DNA of 64,000 nt from an uncultured Desulfobulbus sp. (GTDB taxonomy: Bacteria > Desulfobacterota > Desulfobulbia > Desulfobulbales > Desulfobulbaceae). The stretch lies in assembly GCA_963664075.1 (NCBI GenBank), contig OY760916.1, positions 4,124,710-4,188,709 of the forward strand, given 5' to 3'. Position 1 is the stretch's first letter, and the number at the start of each line of letters is the position of its first letter. A program made the position numbers and the translations under genes. Shown in pieces: positions 37,381-48,976 of the stretch. Under the pieces are notes generated by a model. It ran no database searches. It had not been told where the DNA came from and saw nothing but the letters and a program-made list of their open reading frames with translations.

Positions 37381-38015
37381 CGATCGAATTTAGCCCGCAT
37401 TTTTACAAGATTGCCCTGGGCTTCCATAATGAGATCGCATACCTCTCGCACCGCCCCCAAGCCACCGGATTGCTCTGTGGTGTAATGGACACGCTGGCGA
37501 ATTTCAGCCACTCCATTGGCAGGGGCAACCGCCAGGCCGACCCGGTTGAGCAGGGGCATATCCATGAGGTCATCCCCCATATAGGCCGTTTGCGGGGGGC
37601 GAAGACCGGTTTCCTTGAGAATACTCTCATAGGCCACCAGCTTGTCCGAATGGCCCTGAAAGACATAGCTCAGGCCAAGATCCTTGGCGCGACGCTCCAC
37701 CATGGGCGAAGTGCGGGCGGTGATAATGCCCACCTTCACCCCACTATCCTGGAGCAAGCGCAGCCCTAGACCATCCTGGGTGTTGAAACACTTGGATTCA
37801 ACCCCATCAGAGGAATAGATCAGGGTACCGTCGGTCAGCACGCCGTCCACGTCGAGCAGCAAAAGCTCCACCTGTTTGGCGCGAACCAGGACCGATTTCC
37901 AGGCATCGGAACGCACCAGGGGCGCATTCCGATACATGGCCCTGTTGCGCAGGGCCTCGGTTAGTTCACAGTCGGTGGGATAGCCACCGGAACCAGGGTG
38001 ACCGCAATCAGCCAT
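37377..38015 (-). CDS. kdsC: KDO 8-phosphate phosphatase (HAD) with an N-terminal extension
   Basis: [39 protein letters not shown]. Confidence 0.93.
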   Translation of the reverse strand: MADCGHPGSGGYPTDCELTEALRNRAMYRNAPLVRSDAWKSVLVRAKQVELLLLDVDGVLTDGTLIYSSDGVESKCFNTQDGLGLRLLQDSGVKVGIITARTSPMVERRAKDLGLSYVFQGHSDKLVAYESILKETGLRPPQTAYMGDDLMDMPLLNRVGLAVAPANGVAEIRQRVHYTTEQSGGLGAVREVCDLIMEAQGNLVKMRAKFDR

Positions 38016-38853
38016 TAACCACGCCCTCCACGGCCTGGCGGACCGCCAAGAGTTGTTTCAAGAGCGACTCGACCTGTCCCAGAGGCAGGGAATTGGGGCC
38101 ATCACAGAGCGCCTTATCCGGATCGGGATGTACCTCGATAAAGAGACCATCAATGCCCACGGCCATGGCTGCCCGGGCAAGCGGTGGGATAAACTCGCGC
38201 TGGCCTCCAGAGCTGCCACCGGCACCGCCGGGTAACTGCACCGAATGGGTGGCATCATAGACCACGGGGTAACCAAAGGAGCGCATCACCGCCAGAGAAC
38301 GCATATCCACCACCAGGTTGTTGTACCCAAAGCTGGCGCCGCGCTCGGTGAGCATGATCTTCTCGGTTCCCGATCCCTTGAGCTTATTGACCGCGTTTTC
38401 CATATCCCAGGGGGAGACAAACTGGCCCTTTTTGACGTTGATCACCTTACCGGTTTTGGCGGCAGCGGCGAGCAGATCGGTTTGGCGGCAGAGAAAGGCT
38501 GGAATCTGAATGATATCAAGACATTCTGCGGCCAAAGGAGCCTGGGCAGGCTCATGGATATCCGAGACCACAGGGACCGACATCTCCTCACGCAGACGCC
38601 CCAGAATTTCCAATCCTTTTTCAAGGCCTGGGCCCCGGTACGAGGAGAGTGAGGTCCGGTTGGCCTTATCAAAGGAGGCCTTGAACACGTAATTGATCCC
38701 CAGACGGCCAGTGATGGCCTTCATCTCCGTGGCCACCTCGCGCGCCAATCCTTCACTCTCGAGAGCACAGGGACCGGCCAGCAAGAGCAGGGGAGCACCA
38801 GGACCAACCTGCAGTGATCCCACAGGGGTGGGCGCAATCTCTACATTTTTCAT
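38008..38853 (-). CDS. kdsA: KDO 8-phosphate synthase
   Basis: [35 protein letters not shown]. Likely start ATG 38853. Confidence 0.96.
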   Translation of the reverse strand: MKNVEIAPTPVGSLQVGPGAPLLLLAGPCALESEGLAREVATEMKAITGRLGINYVFKASFDKANRTSLSSYRGPGLEKGLEILGRLREEMSVPVVSDIHEPAQAPLAAECLDIIQIPAFLCRQTDLLAAAAKTGKVINVKKGQFVSPWDMENAVNKLKGSGTEKIMLTERGASFGYNNLVVDMRSLAVMRSFGYPVVYDATHSVQLPGGAGGSSGGQREFIPPLARAAMAVGIDGLFIEVHPDPDKALCDGPNSLPLGQVESLLKQLLAVRQAVEGVVNG

Positions 38854-38857
38854 GCAA

Positions 38858-40615
<1,758 letters not shown>

Positions 40616-40730
40616 CTATGTGATCGGGATCAAAGTATACCCGATGATGCTTGGCTTGACAAGTCTAGCGGGATGGGAATCCGTGAGAACTATTTTTATG
40701 AAGTGACGCCAAATAGAGGAGCTACGCCGA

Positions 40731-41177
40731 TCAGCGACCAGTTCCCTGTGCTGACCAGATTTCTGTAACCTTCTCGATCAACGCACGATGCTGGGCATCA
40801 CTCAAATCAACAAAAGGTGAGTTATCATAGGTGGTATCGCGATTTTCCACCACCAAGACCTTGGCATCTTCACTTAAGGTATGCGTATGCCAGACCGCCT
40901 TTTTCACGTTGTACACCTGGCCAGGAACCAGGGACTCGGCATACACCTGCTCAACGGTTTCTGCGCCCTCACCGACAAAAAGAATGCAGCGCCCGCTCAA
41001 AAGCACAAAGACCTCATCGGTCTCGTTGTGGCGCTGCATGCGGGTCAGATGTTCAGGCAGCAGGTCCTCACTGAAATTGAGAATCGCCACCCGCCAGGAT
41101 TCAAAGTCAACCAGGGGTTGGTAACTGGCAGCGTCGTGGCGTTTAACCTCAAGGATCCTCTCTGGAGCGTTGATCAT
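40731..41177 (-). CDS. Cupin-fold protein of unknown function
   Basis: [14 protein letters not shown] and [11 protein letters not shown] cupin motifs; ATGA overlap with the ABC ATPase gene. Confidence 0.75.
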   Translation of the reverse strand: MINAPERILEVKRHDAASYQPLVDFESWRVAILNFSEDLLPEHLTRMQRHNETDEVFVLLSGRCILFVGEGAETVEQVYAESLVPGQVYNVKKAVWHTHTLSEDAKVLVVENRDTTYDNSPFVDLSDAQHRALIEKVTEIWSAQGTGR

Positions 41178-41929
41178 CGATTTGCAGGTGCCAGAATCTG
41201 TTGCAAAAAGAGCTGACTGCGCGGATTCTGCGGGTTGGTGAAAAAGGTATCTGGAGGAGCGACTTCGACAATGGCTCCGGCATCCATAAAGACGACCTTA
41301 TCGGCGACCTCGCGGGCAAAGCCCATCTCATGGGTCACCACCACCATGGTCATGCCTTCCTTGGCCAGGGCAACCATAACCTCGAGCACCTCATTGATCA
41401 TCTCAGGATCAAGGGCTGAGGTGGGCTCGTCAAAGAGCATGATCTTGGGCTCCATGGCAAGTGCGCGAGCAATGGCCACCCGCTGTTGCTGACCACCGGA
41501 GAGCTGAATGGGAAAATGGTGGGCCCGGTCACTCATGCCCACCTTTTCCAGCAGGTTCATGGCCAGGGACTCGGCCTGGGCCCGCTCCATTTTTTTGAGT
41601 TTGATCGGAGCCAGGGTCAGGTTATCCAGAACCGATTTATGTTTAAAGAGGTTAAAGCTCTGGAAAACCATGCCTACCTCCATGCGAATCTGATTAATAT
41701 CCTCGTCGGCACTGTACAAATTATGACCATCAACCACGATAGCACCGGAGTCAATGGACTCAAGACGATTGATGGTACGCAGCAGGGTCGACTTTCCCGA
41801 ACCGGAGGGTCCGAGTACCACCACCTTTTCACCCTGCTGGATATCCATATTGACATCACAGAGAGCTCGGTAGCTGCCGAAATATTTATTGATCTGCTGG
41901 AGTTGAATGATGGGTTCAGCGGCGTTCAT
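41174..41929 (-). CDS. Polar amino acid ABC transporter ATP-binding protein
   Basis: [42 protein letters not shown]. Confidence 0.95.
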   Translation of the reverse strand: MNAAEPIIQLQQINKYFGSYRALCDVNMDIQQGEKVVVLGPSGSGKSTLLRTINRLESIDSGAIVVDGHNLYSADEDINQIRMEVGMVFQSFNLFKHKSVLDNLTLAPIKLKKMERAQAESLAMNLLEKVGMSDRAHHFPIQLSGGQQQRVAIARALAMEPKIMLFDEPTSALDPEMINEVLEVMVALAKEGMTMVVVTHEMGFAREVADKVVFMDAGAIVEVAPPDTFFTNPQNPRSQLFLQQILAPANR

Positions 41930-42704
41930 AATGACTTAACCTGTTCTCCATGATGGAGATGAGCTTGGAGAGAATGAGGGTGATCAGCAGGTAGATCAGG
42001 GCAATCATCGTGTAGGTCTCAAAGTAGTTAAAACTCTCTGAGGCATACTCGCGACCGCGACGTAAAATATCAGCTACCGCCAAAATCGAAACCAGTGAGG
42101 TGTCTTTCAAAAGGGCAATGAACTCATTACCCACCGGAGGAAGAATAGTCCGCCAGGCCTGCGGCAGAATGACAAAGGCCATGGTTTGCCGGGGATTGAA
42201 TCCCAGCGACAGGGCAGCCTCAGTCTGCCCCAGATCAATGGACTTGATACCGGCACGAAAGACCTCCCCCATGTAGGCGCCGTAACAGAAAGCCATGGCA
42301 ATGACCGCGGCCACAATATCCGGCACCCGAACAAACCTTCCCAAGGCAAAATAGATGTAAAACAGCTGCACCAACAGGGGGATACCGCGCACCACCTCGA
42401 CATAGAGTGAGGCAATCAGGTTGATGAAACGGTTTTTCGACAGGCGACCCAGCCCGGTCAAAAGACCGATAACAATCGCCAACCCGATGGAAAGAACCGT
42501 TACCTCAAAGGTGACAAAGATACCGTCGGGAACAAACTTGAGGATATCGAGGTAAGGATCCGGTTTGACTAGAACAAGGGTGATGATCGTGCCCAGCGCC
42601 CCGAAAAGCGCAATCCACCAGGCATTGACCAGCCCTTTATCGTCCTTACGGGGAATAGCGGCACCATCACCGACATCGATTTTTGTGTTTTCAGATTCAG
42701 ACAT
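41916..42704 (-). CDS. Polar amino acid ABC transporter permease
   Basis: [38 protein letters not shown]. Confidence 0.95.
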   Translation of the reverse strand: MSESENTKIDVGDGAAIPRKDDKGLVNAWWIALFGALGTIITLVLVKPDPYLDILKFVPDGIFVTFEVTVLSIGLAIVIGLLTGLGRLSKNRFINLIASLYVEVVRGIPLLVQLFYIYFALGRFVRVPDIVAAVIAMAFCYGAYMGEVFRAGIKSIDLGQTEAALSLGFNPRQTMAFVILPQAWRTILPPVGNEFIALLKDTSLVSILAVADILRRGREYASESFNYFETYTMIALIYLLITLILSKLISIMENRLSHYERR

Positions 42705-42739
42705 GGGACTATCGCAAAATATTTTTTTAAAACCAACAC

Positions 42740-42851
42740 CCAGAATTCATGAGCGTTCATCGGTGCGTCAGTTTCATTGCCTGCAATCTGCCGATTAAAG
42801 TAAACTTTATCGGTAGATTGCAGGCAATGAAGGTGGCGTACTGATGGGCAC
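42740..42851 (+). repeat. Left half (first hairpin) of the 218-bp MITE-like element
   Basis: Ungapped 89/112 identity to 21986-22097. Confidence 0.85.
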
Positions 42852-42857
42852 TTATGG

Positions 42858-42892
42858 AAAAAGAAATGCCGGGCACTTAGGCCCGGCATTTC
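42858..42892 (-). terminator. Terminator or stabilising hairpin after the substrate-binding protein gene
   Basis: GAAATGCCGGGC/GCCCGGCATTTC 12-bp stem followed by a T run on the minus strand. Confidence 0.75.
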
Positions 42893-42909
42893 AAGCTCGA
42901 CTCAGCAGA

Positions 42910-43644
42910 TCACTGACCGATCCATTTCTTTTTCAGCTCCTGGTCAATCCCTTTGGCTTTGACCGCGGCGATGCCCTTGTTGATCAGCGCCAGTGCCTTT
43001 TTGTTCCCCTTGTGCACGGCGATGCCGTAATTCTCAGGCGTATCAGATTCGATGACCGTGGCGATCTTCAGATTTTCTTTATATTTATCAAGTGCGTAGT
43101 TGGCAGCAACCGGATCATCGCAAACAACGGCAGCAATACGGCCGACGTTCAGGTCTTCCATGGCCAGGCCAACCTCGTCGTAGGATTTAGGTACAACCCC
43201 ATCTGCAGCCTTAATAGCGAAATAACCGGTGGTGCCAATCTGGCCACCGACTTTCTCCCCTTTGAGATCTGCGAGACTCTTGGCAGTTGATTTTTTATTT
43301 ACGATCAACGCCTGACGTACGGTAAAGTAAGGATCAGAGAAATCCATGGCTTTTTTCCGCTCTTCGGTGATGGTCACCGAACTGGAAACCGCATCGTATT
43401 TGTTGGCAGCAAGTCCTGCAAAAATACCATCCCAGGCAGTATTCTTGAACACAGCCTTAAACCCGGCTTCTTTGGCAACGGCATTCATGTAATCGATCGC
43501 ATAGCCAACAACCTGTTTATCGCTGTTCACAAACTCCATAGGCGGCCAGGTAGCATCAGTGGCAAAAACGATGGTGGTCTCAGCAACAACCGGACTACAC
43601 AGGGCTCCGACCAAAAGCAAAGCGCTGACTATTCTCTTCAACAT
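42910..43644 (-). CDS. Basic/polar amino acid ABC transporter substrate-binding protein
   Basis: Signal peptide, ATDATWPPMEF, WDGIFAGL, ITEERKKAMDFSDPY. Start ATG 43644. Confidence 0.93.
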   Translation of the reverse strand: MLKRIVSALLLVGALCSPVVAETTIVFATDATWPPMEFVNSDKQVVGYAIDYMNAVAKEAGFKAVFKNTAWDGIFAGLAANKYDAVSSSVTITEERKKAMDFSDPYFTVRQALIVNKKSTAKSLADLKGEKVGGQIGTTGYFAIKAADGVVPKSYDEVGLAMEDLNVGRIAAVVCDDPVAANYALDKYKENLKIATVIESDTPENYGIAVHKGNKKALALINKGIAAVKAKGIDQELKKKWIGQ

Positions 43645-43908
43645 TGGGGGTCTCCTTATTGGAATGGTTGTAAATAAACTGTCCATCTACCATTTGAAGA
43701 AACCACCCGCAAGAAAAAGGTGAGATAGAGCAAGGGCAAATAACGGAAAATCAAATTACTGCTTCCCCTTGAAAACCAAGGTTTTTCTTGACCTTTTCAG
43801 AAACTTGCAGGTATACATCCACTATGATCACCTGGTATATTCTTCAACTTTTTACCTGATTTTTCTCACTGCACTCACCCCCTTTTACTTCGTCCTTATG
43901 AGGCCCCT

Positions 43909-44514
43909 ATGTCCATTCACACCCGTTTTTTTGTTGCGGCATGTGTCACCAGCTCCCTGTTTTTTCTCGTCAGTTGCGGCAAGAAACAGGTTGCTCCCTA
44001 TTCTGGCAGCGGCAGCCAGGCCGAAAGCCAGGAAACGAGCCAGCCCACCATGGGAACCATCACCGAAGAAATGCTTCCGGCGGTGGAAAGCCTTGATGCG
44101 ACAGGGCAGGGGAGTAACGGTAGCTTTGCTGAAGGAATAGACCAACAAAGCGAGGCCTATAAGCGCACCTACGGGCGCTCTACGCCTAATTTTAAGCCGA
44201 TCTACTTTGATTACGACCAGTCTCTTGTCCGCAGCGATCAGATCCCAACAATGGAATATAACGGCAATCACCTCCGCGATACCCCAGGATTGCGTGTACT
44301 CATTGAAGGCAACACCGATGCTCGCGGAACGAACGAATACAATCTGGCGCTGGGAGAACGCAGGGCGGCAAGTGCCAAAAAATATCTCATTGAATACGGT
44401 ATTGAAGAAAACCGCATTCGCACCGTCAGCTATGGCGAGGAACGGCCGCTCTTTCCAGGCACCAGTAAAGATGACTATGCCCAAAACCGAAGGGATGACT
44501 TTATCCTGGAATAA
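43909..44514 (+). CDS. pal: Peptidoglycan-associated lipoprotein (OmpA-like domain)
   Basis: Lipobox LVSC, IEGNTDARGTNEYNLALGERRA, SYGEERP, NRR. Confidence 0.88.
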   Translation: MSIHTRFFVAACVTSSLFFLVSCGKKQVAPYSGSGSQAESQETSQPTMGTITEEMLPAVESLDATGQGSNGSFAEGIDQQSEAYKRTYGRSTPNFKPIYFDYDQSLVRSDQIPTMEYNGNHLRDTPGLRVLIEGNTDARGTNEYNLALGERRAASAKKYLIEYGIEENRIRTVSYGEERPLFPGTSKDDYAQNRRDDFILE

Positions 44515-44552
44515 GTTTTCCCTGCTCCAACTCTGAACCTCTCCTCCATACC

Positions 44553-44592
44553 CGGCAGCTCTCCACTCGAGAACTGCCGTTTTTTTTTTTTG
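44553..44592 (+). terminator. Intrinsic terminator after pal
   Basis: CGGCAG...CTGCCG stem followed by a long T run. Confidence 0.8.
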
Positions 44593-44652
44593 ATTACCAC
44601 TGAACCTCCAAACAACCTGAAATTTTCCCTGCAATGCTGGATTGATTTTTTC

Positions 44653-44681
44653 TTGACATGCGAATGATTATTAAATACATT
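44653..44681 (+). promoter_or_regulatory. Sigma70-like promoter of the oxidative-stress cluster
   Basis: TTGACA (44653-44658), 17-nt spacer containing AATGATTATT, then TACATT (44676-44681). Confidence 0.6.
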
Positions 44682-44706
44682 TAGGAAAAATTTTCACAGA
44701 GGGATA

Positions 44707-45360
44707 ATGGAAGCTAAATTACGAATGACCCATCAACGCGAGATTATTCTCGAGGAACTGCGCCACTGCCGATCACACCCGACGGCTGACGAACTCTACG
44801 AGCGAATCAAGAAAAAACTCCCTCGTATCAGTTTGGCGACTGTATATCGCAACCTTGAGATTCTCTCTGAAGTGGGACTCATAAATAAACTGGAGATCAG
44901 CGGACGCCAGAAACGCTTTGACTGGGACCCCCAGGACCATGACCACGTCTACTGCACCGAGTGCCACCGGGTGGATAACATCCCCACATCAACGACTACC
45001 TGCTTGTCTGTGGATCTCGAACAGCAAAAGGGCTACCAGATTACAGGTTGCAGAATTGAATTTTACGGACTTTGTCCAAATTGCCAAAAACCACAGAAAT
45101 TAGAAAAATCTACAGGAGAAACGAAAATGGCCTGCAAATCATGCGCAACCAGCTTGAGCGATACCCAACGTCAAGTCCTCGAGGCTTTTGCTCAAAGTGA
45201 GGAGGCTTGTGGCTCTAAAGAGATCGCTGCTGCAACTGGTATGGAGTCCAAAAAAGTGAGCTGCCAGATTACCGCTTTAAAAAAGAAGGGGTTCGTCTGC
45301 AGTCCTGTACGTTGCAAATATGAGATCACAGATGAAGGGAAAAGTCAGCTTTCAGCTTAA
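44707..45360 (+). CDS. Fur/PerR-family regulator with an in-frame C-terminal Cys-rich winged-HTH module
   Basis: LRMTHQR, HPTADELY, ISLATVYRNL, HDHVYCTEC, CPNC. The extra 77 aa start at an internal ATG 45127 that has its own AGGAGA. Confidence 0.88.
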   Translation: MEAKLRMTHQREIILEELRHCRSHPTADELYERIKKKLPRISLATVYRNLEILSEVGLINKLEISGRQKRFDWDPQDHDHVYCTECHRVDNIPTSTTTCLSVDLEQQKGYQITGCRIEFYGLCPNCQKPQKLEKSTGETKMACKSCATSLSDTQRQVLEAFAQSEEACGSKEIAAATGMESKKVSCQITALKKKGFVCSPVRCKYEITDEGKSQLSA

Positions 45361-45417
45361 ACGCTGACCTTGCACAACTCACCTTTATCAACCATTTATA
45401 AAGAAGAGGAAACTCTC

Positions 45418-46011
45418 ATGTCATTTCTCGTTACCCAGGAAGCACCAGACTTTACCGCCACAGCAGTCATGGCTGATAACTCCATGAAAGCGGATTTCAA
45501 ACTCTCGGATTTTCGTGGTAAGTATGTCATTCTCTTTTTCTATCCGCTGGACTTCACCTTTGTCTGTCCTTCGGAGATTATCGCCTTTGACCGCGCTCTT
45601 GAAAAATTCAAATCAAAAAATTGCGAGATTATAGGTGTTTCCATCGACTCCCAGTTTTCTCACTGGGCCTGGAAGAACACCCCCATCAAACAGGGGGGCA
45701 TCGGCAATATACAATACCCTCTGGTTGCTGATCTCGATAAGAATATCTCACGCCAGTACGGCGTACTGCTTGAGGCTGGTATAGCCCTACGTGGCACCTT
45801 TCTGATTGATCGCGATGGTATTGTCCGCCATGCGGTCGTCAACGATCTGCCTCTGGGCCGAAATATCGATGAGGCCCTGCGGATGGTTGATTCGCTTCAA
45901 TTTCACGAAAAACATGGTGATGTCTGCCCCGCCAACTGGCAGGAAGGTAAAGATGCCATGACCCCCACGGCAGAAGGCGTTGCCGATTACCTGACAAAAC
46001 ACGACAAATAA
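45418..46011 (+). CDS. ahpC: 2-Cys peroxiredoxin (AhpC/TSA)
   Basis: FYPLDFTFVCPSE and VCPANW. Start ATG 45418. Confidence 0.95.
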   Translation: MSFLVTQEAPDFTATAVMADNSMKADFKLSDFRGKYVILFFYPLDFTFVCPSEIIAFDRALEKFKSKNCEIIGVSIDSQFSHWAWKNTPIKQGGIGNIQYPLVADLDKNISRQYGVLLEAGIALRGTFLIDRDGIVRHAVVNDLPLGRNIDEALRMVDSLQFHEKHGDVCPANWQEGKDAMTPTAEGVADYLTKHDK

Positions 46012-46263
46012 GACCGTTCATCTCCGGCAAAACACAAAGAAAGACAACTTGTCCCTTTCATATCAAGGGAATATGATTTATTCTTTTTAGTGTTTTGCCG
46101 GTAAAGGGTAAAGATCGCGGAGATTTTTACCCCCAAGCGTCTCGTGCTCGCATACGGAGCGACGGCGATGTGTTGCCTCCACAGGGACAACTCTGTGGCA
46201 TGGACTTTCCGCTGCCCAACCGAGCGAGACCGCCAAAAATTCTTCAAACTGAGGAGAAAAGCC

Positions 46264-46638
46264 ATGACGAAAGTAAACGAAGTGTACAAATGCGCACTCT
46301 GTGGAAACATTGTTGAAGTACTGCATGCCGGTGCCGGCGAACTGGTCTGTTGCGGCCAGGCCATGGGGCTGATGACCGAGAACACCGTTGACGCTGCCAA
46401 AGAAAAACATGTACCGGTCATTACCAAAGTGGCAGAAGGCTACAAGGTCGCTGTTGGCTCCGTGGCCCATCCCATGGAAGAGAAACACTATATTGAATTC
46501 ATCGAACTGATTGCCGACGGCAAGGTCTACCGCCAGGCTCTGAAGCCCGGCGAGGCCCCGGAGGCAACCTTCTGCATTCAGGCGGAAAACGTATCCGCCC
46601 GTGAATACTGCAATCTGCACGGGTTGTGGAAAGCCTGA
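46264..46638 (+). CDS. dfx: Desulfoferrodoxin (2Fe superoxide reductase)
   Basis: [10 protein letters not shown]...[25 protein letters not shown]. Start ATG 46264. Confidence 0.96.
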   Translation: MTKVNEVYKCALCGNIVEVLHAGAGELVCCGQAMGLMTENTVDAAKEKHVPVITKVAEGYKVAVGSVAHPMEEKHYIEFIELIADGKVYRQALKPGEAPEATFCIQAENVSAREYCNLHGLWKA

Positions 46639-46639
46639 T

Positions 46640-46752
46640 TGTAAGCGATTACGGGGTACCGAATCTAAGGTGTTATCGGCCTGTTTACGTACATGTGTAC
46701 GCTTAACAGGCCGATGCCTAGCAGCTCCGGCACCCCACAACAACCGCTTACA
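46640..46752 (+). repeat. GTAAGCGAT hairpin repeat, copy 2 (about 113-nt rod)
   Basis: TGTAAGCG/CGCTTACA outer stem and ATCGGCCTGTT/AACAGGCCGAT inner stem; the 5' 27 nt match 19414-19440 at 24/27. Confidence 0.7.
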
Positions 46753-46819
46753 GATTCCATCACAGGGGTTCTTTCAGAGGCCTCTGATCTTTTGATCCAA
46801 ACCAATAAAAGGAAAAAAA

Positions 46820-46978
46820 ATGAAGAAATACGTTTGTGTTGTATGTGACTACGAGTACGACCCCGCAGCCGGTGATCCGGACAACGGTGTAGCAGCAGGA
46901 ACCGCCTTCGAAGATATCCCTGAAGATTGGGTCTGCCCGGTCTGTGGTGCTGGTAAAGATCAGTTCGAAGAGGCCTGA
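46820..46978 (+). CDS. rub: Rubredoxin (52 aa; below the ORF-track cutoff)
   Basis: Manual translation [52 protein letters not shown]. Confidence 0.97.
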   Translation: MKKYVCVVCDYEYDPAAGDPDNGVAAGTAFEDIPEDWVCPVCGAGKDQFEEA

Positions 46979-46985
46979 TTGTATG

Positions 46986-47022
46986 AAGTCCTCCTTCCTC
47001 CCCGGGAAGGGGGACTTTTTTT
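46986..47022 (+). terminator. Intrinsic terminator after rubredoxin
   Basis: AAGTCCTCCTTCC/GGAAGGGGGACTT stem plus T run. Confidence 0.75.
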
Positions 47023-47148
47023 AAACAAACCTGCCTCTTGGCGGGTAACCCTGTCTCATTGTTCCATGGCCTCTTGCATGGAACCCTCAGTATCGTTCCT
47101 CTCCTCTTCTTTCTTCTTATTCACACACCACTCATCGAGGTGAGTACC

Positions 47149-47496
47149 ATGCAGAAAACTGTTTTTTTCGCATTCCGGGATAATCCTCTCTGTTTCATTC
47201 ATGTCCTTTTAAATGCGTTGGATATGGCCGAAAAGGGCATGGAAGGAAAAATTGTCCTGGAAGGGGAAGCCGTCACCCTGGTCCCGATCATGGCGGAGCC
47301 CGGTCATTTTCTCCACCCCCTGTACACCAAGGCAAAAGCGCAGGGGTTGATTGTCGGCGCCTGTAAGGCCTGCTCCGCCAAACTTAAAGTGACCGAGGCT
47401 GTAACGAAAGAAGAAATACCGCTTATCGGTGAACTGGCCGGCCATCCTGCGATGTCCGATTTCATCAGCCAGGGCTATACCATCCTCACCTTCTAA
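47149..47496 (+). CDS. DsrE/DsrF-like small cytoplasmic protein
   Basis: CFIHVLLNALDM, IVLEGEAV, ACKACS, GHPAMSDFISQGY. Start ATG 47149 after GAGGTG. Confidence 0.75.
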   Translation: MQKTVFFAFRDNPLCFIHVLLNALDMAEKGMEGKIVLEGEAVTLVPIMAEPGHFLHPLYTKAKAQGLIVGACKACSAKLKVTEAVTKEEIPLIGELAGHPAMSDFISQGYTILTF

Positions 47497-47521
47497 CCCG
47501 AATTTCACCAGAGCATTTTGT
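47497..47521 (+). repeat. CCCGAATTTC stop-codon-abutting repeat, diverged third copy
   Basis: 20/25 identity to 34324-34348; directly after TAA. Confidence 0.6.
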
Positions 47522-47669
47522 TTTTTAGGGCATAATGCTGCCTGAGCTCGCGACCAATCGAGCTCCGAATACCTTTCGAGTCTTGTGCATGCCTGTCGCT
47601 TCTTGTATTCCCTGGAGACGATCGGCATGCATAACACCCTAAAACAACCTCGATTCATCAAGGAAAGCC

Positions 47670-48890
47670 ATGAAAACGATCCAACTTGCTGACAATGTCT
47701 ACTGGGTAGGTGCCATTGACTGGAACATTCGCGACTTTCACGGTTACTCAACCAACCGTGGGACCACCTACAACGCCTTTTTGATCATCGATGAAAAAGT
47801 CACCCTGATTGACACGGTGAAAAAGCCCTACAGAAGCGAGCTGATGCATCGCATCCACAACATCATTGATCCCAAAAAGATTGACTATCTGGTGGTCAAC
47901 CATGTGGAAATGGACCATTCCGGATCCATTCCTGAGGTGGTCGAGGCCATTAATCCTGAAAAAATCATCTGCTCCAAGATGGGAAAGAAGGCGCTGATCC
48001 AACATTTTCACCGGGAAGACTGGCCCTATCATGTCGCAGCTCCGGGAGAAGAGCTCAGCCTGGGAAAAAAGACGCTTTCTTTTCTGGAAACCCGCATGCT
48101 CCACTGGCCAGACTCCATGTTCACCTACCTGAAGGAAGATCAGATCGTCTTCACCTCCGATGCCTTTGGTGAACACCTGGCGACCAGCGAGCGATTCGAT
48201 GACGAGGTCGATCAATCCGTGCTGATGCATGAGGCCACCAAGTATTACGCCAATATTCTCACCCTCTACTCGCCGTTGGTAAAAAAACTGCTGGCCAAGG
48301 TCCAGGAGATGGAATTGCCCATCAAGATGCTCGCACCTGATCACGGAGTTATCTGGCGCTCCAATCCGGGTAAGATCATCGAGGCCTACAGTCGCTGGTC
48401 CAACCATCAGGGCAATGGTCGGGCACTGGTTATCTACAATACCATGTGGGAATCCACTAAAAAAATGGCCAAAGCTGTCGCCGAAGGGTTGCATGAACAG
48501 GGCGTTGAGTACAAACTCTTTGACCTGGCAGTAAACCATCGCAGTGACGTCATGACCGAAGTCCTTGAAGCCTCTGCCGTGGTACTTGGTTCGCCCACCC
48601 TCAACAACGGCATGCTGCCGCGTATGGCAGATTTTCTCATGTATATGCGGGGTCTGCGCCCCACCAATAAGGTTGGCGCATCCTTTGGCTCCTACGGCTG
48701 GTCAGGCGAGTCGGTGAAAATGATGAATGAGATCCTTAAAGAGATGAACATTGTGGTCTGTCATGAGGGCGTCAAGGTTCAGTATGTGCCTGAGCATGCT
48801 CAGCTCGGTGCCTGCGTCCAGCTGGGCCAGAGCGTCGGCAAGGCCATGCAGGCGATGATGGCCGGTGAAGAGGTTGAATCGGTGGTCTGA
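47670..48890 (+). CDS. fprA: Flavodiiron protein (FprA / rubredoxin:oxygen oxidoreductase)
   Basis: GTTYNAFLI, NHVEMDHSG, LHWPDSM, SDAFGEH, flavodoxin domain TMWEST and SYGWSGE. Confidence 0.95.
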   Translation: MKTIQLADNVYWVGAIDWNIRDFHGYSTNRGTTYNAFLIIDEKVTLIDTVKKPYRSELMHRIHNIIDPKKIDYLVVNHVEMDHSGSIPEVVEAINPEKIICSKMGKKALIQHFHREDWPYHVAAPGEELSLGKKTLSFLETRMLHWPDSMFTYLKEDQIVFTSDAFGEHLATSERFDDEVDQSVLMHEATKYYANILTLYSPLVKKLLAKVQEMELPIKMLAPDHGVIWRSNPGKIIEAYSRWSNHQGNGRALVIYNTMWESTKKMAKAVAEGLHEQGVEYKLFDLAVNHRSDVMTEVLEASAVVLGSPTLNNGMLPRMADFLMYMRGLRPTNKVGASFGSYGWSGESVKMMNEILKEMNIVVCHEGVKVQYVPEHAQLGACVQLGQSVGKAMQAMMAGEEVESVV

Positions 48891-48912
48891 AGTCTCCTCT
48901 CTCCATGAACGC

Positions 48913-48949
48913 AAAACGCCCTGCATTCTGATGAATGCAGGGCGTTTTT
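48913..48949. terminator. Bidirectional intrinsic terminator
   Basis: AAAACGCCCTGCATTC/GAATGCAGGGCGTTTT. Confidence 0.88.
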
Positions 48950-48976
48950 CTTACCAGCAATTATTCAAGATTTCCT

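Noticed and set aside
40677-40687. Isolated GAATCCGTGAG matching a MITE end
   Set aside because: An 11-nt match with no partner end or internal similarity.
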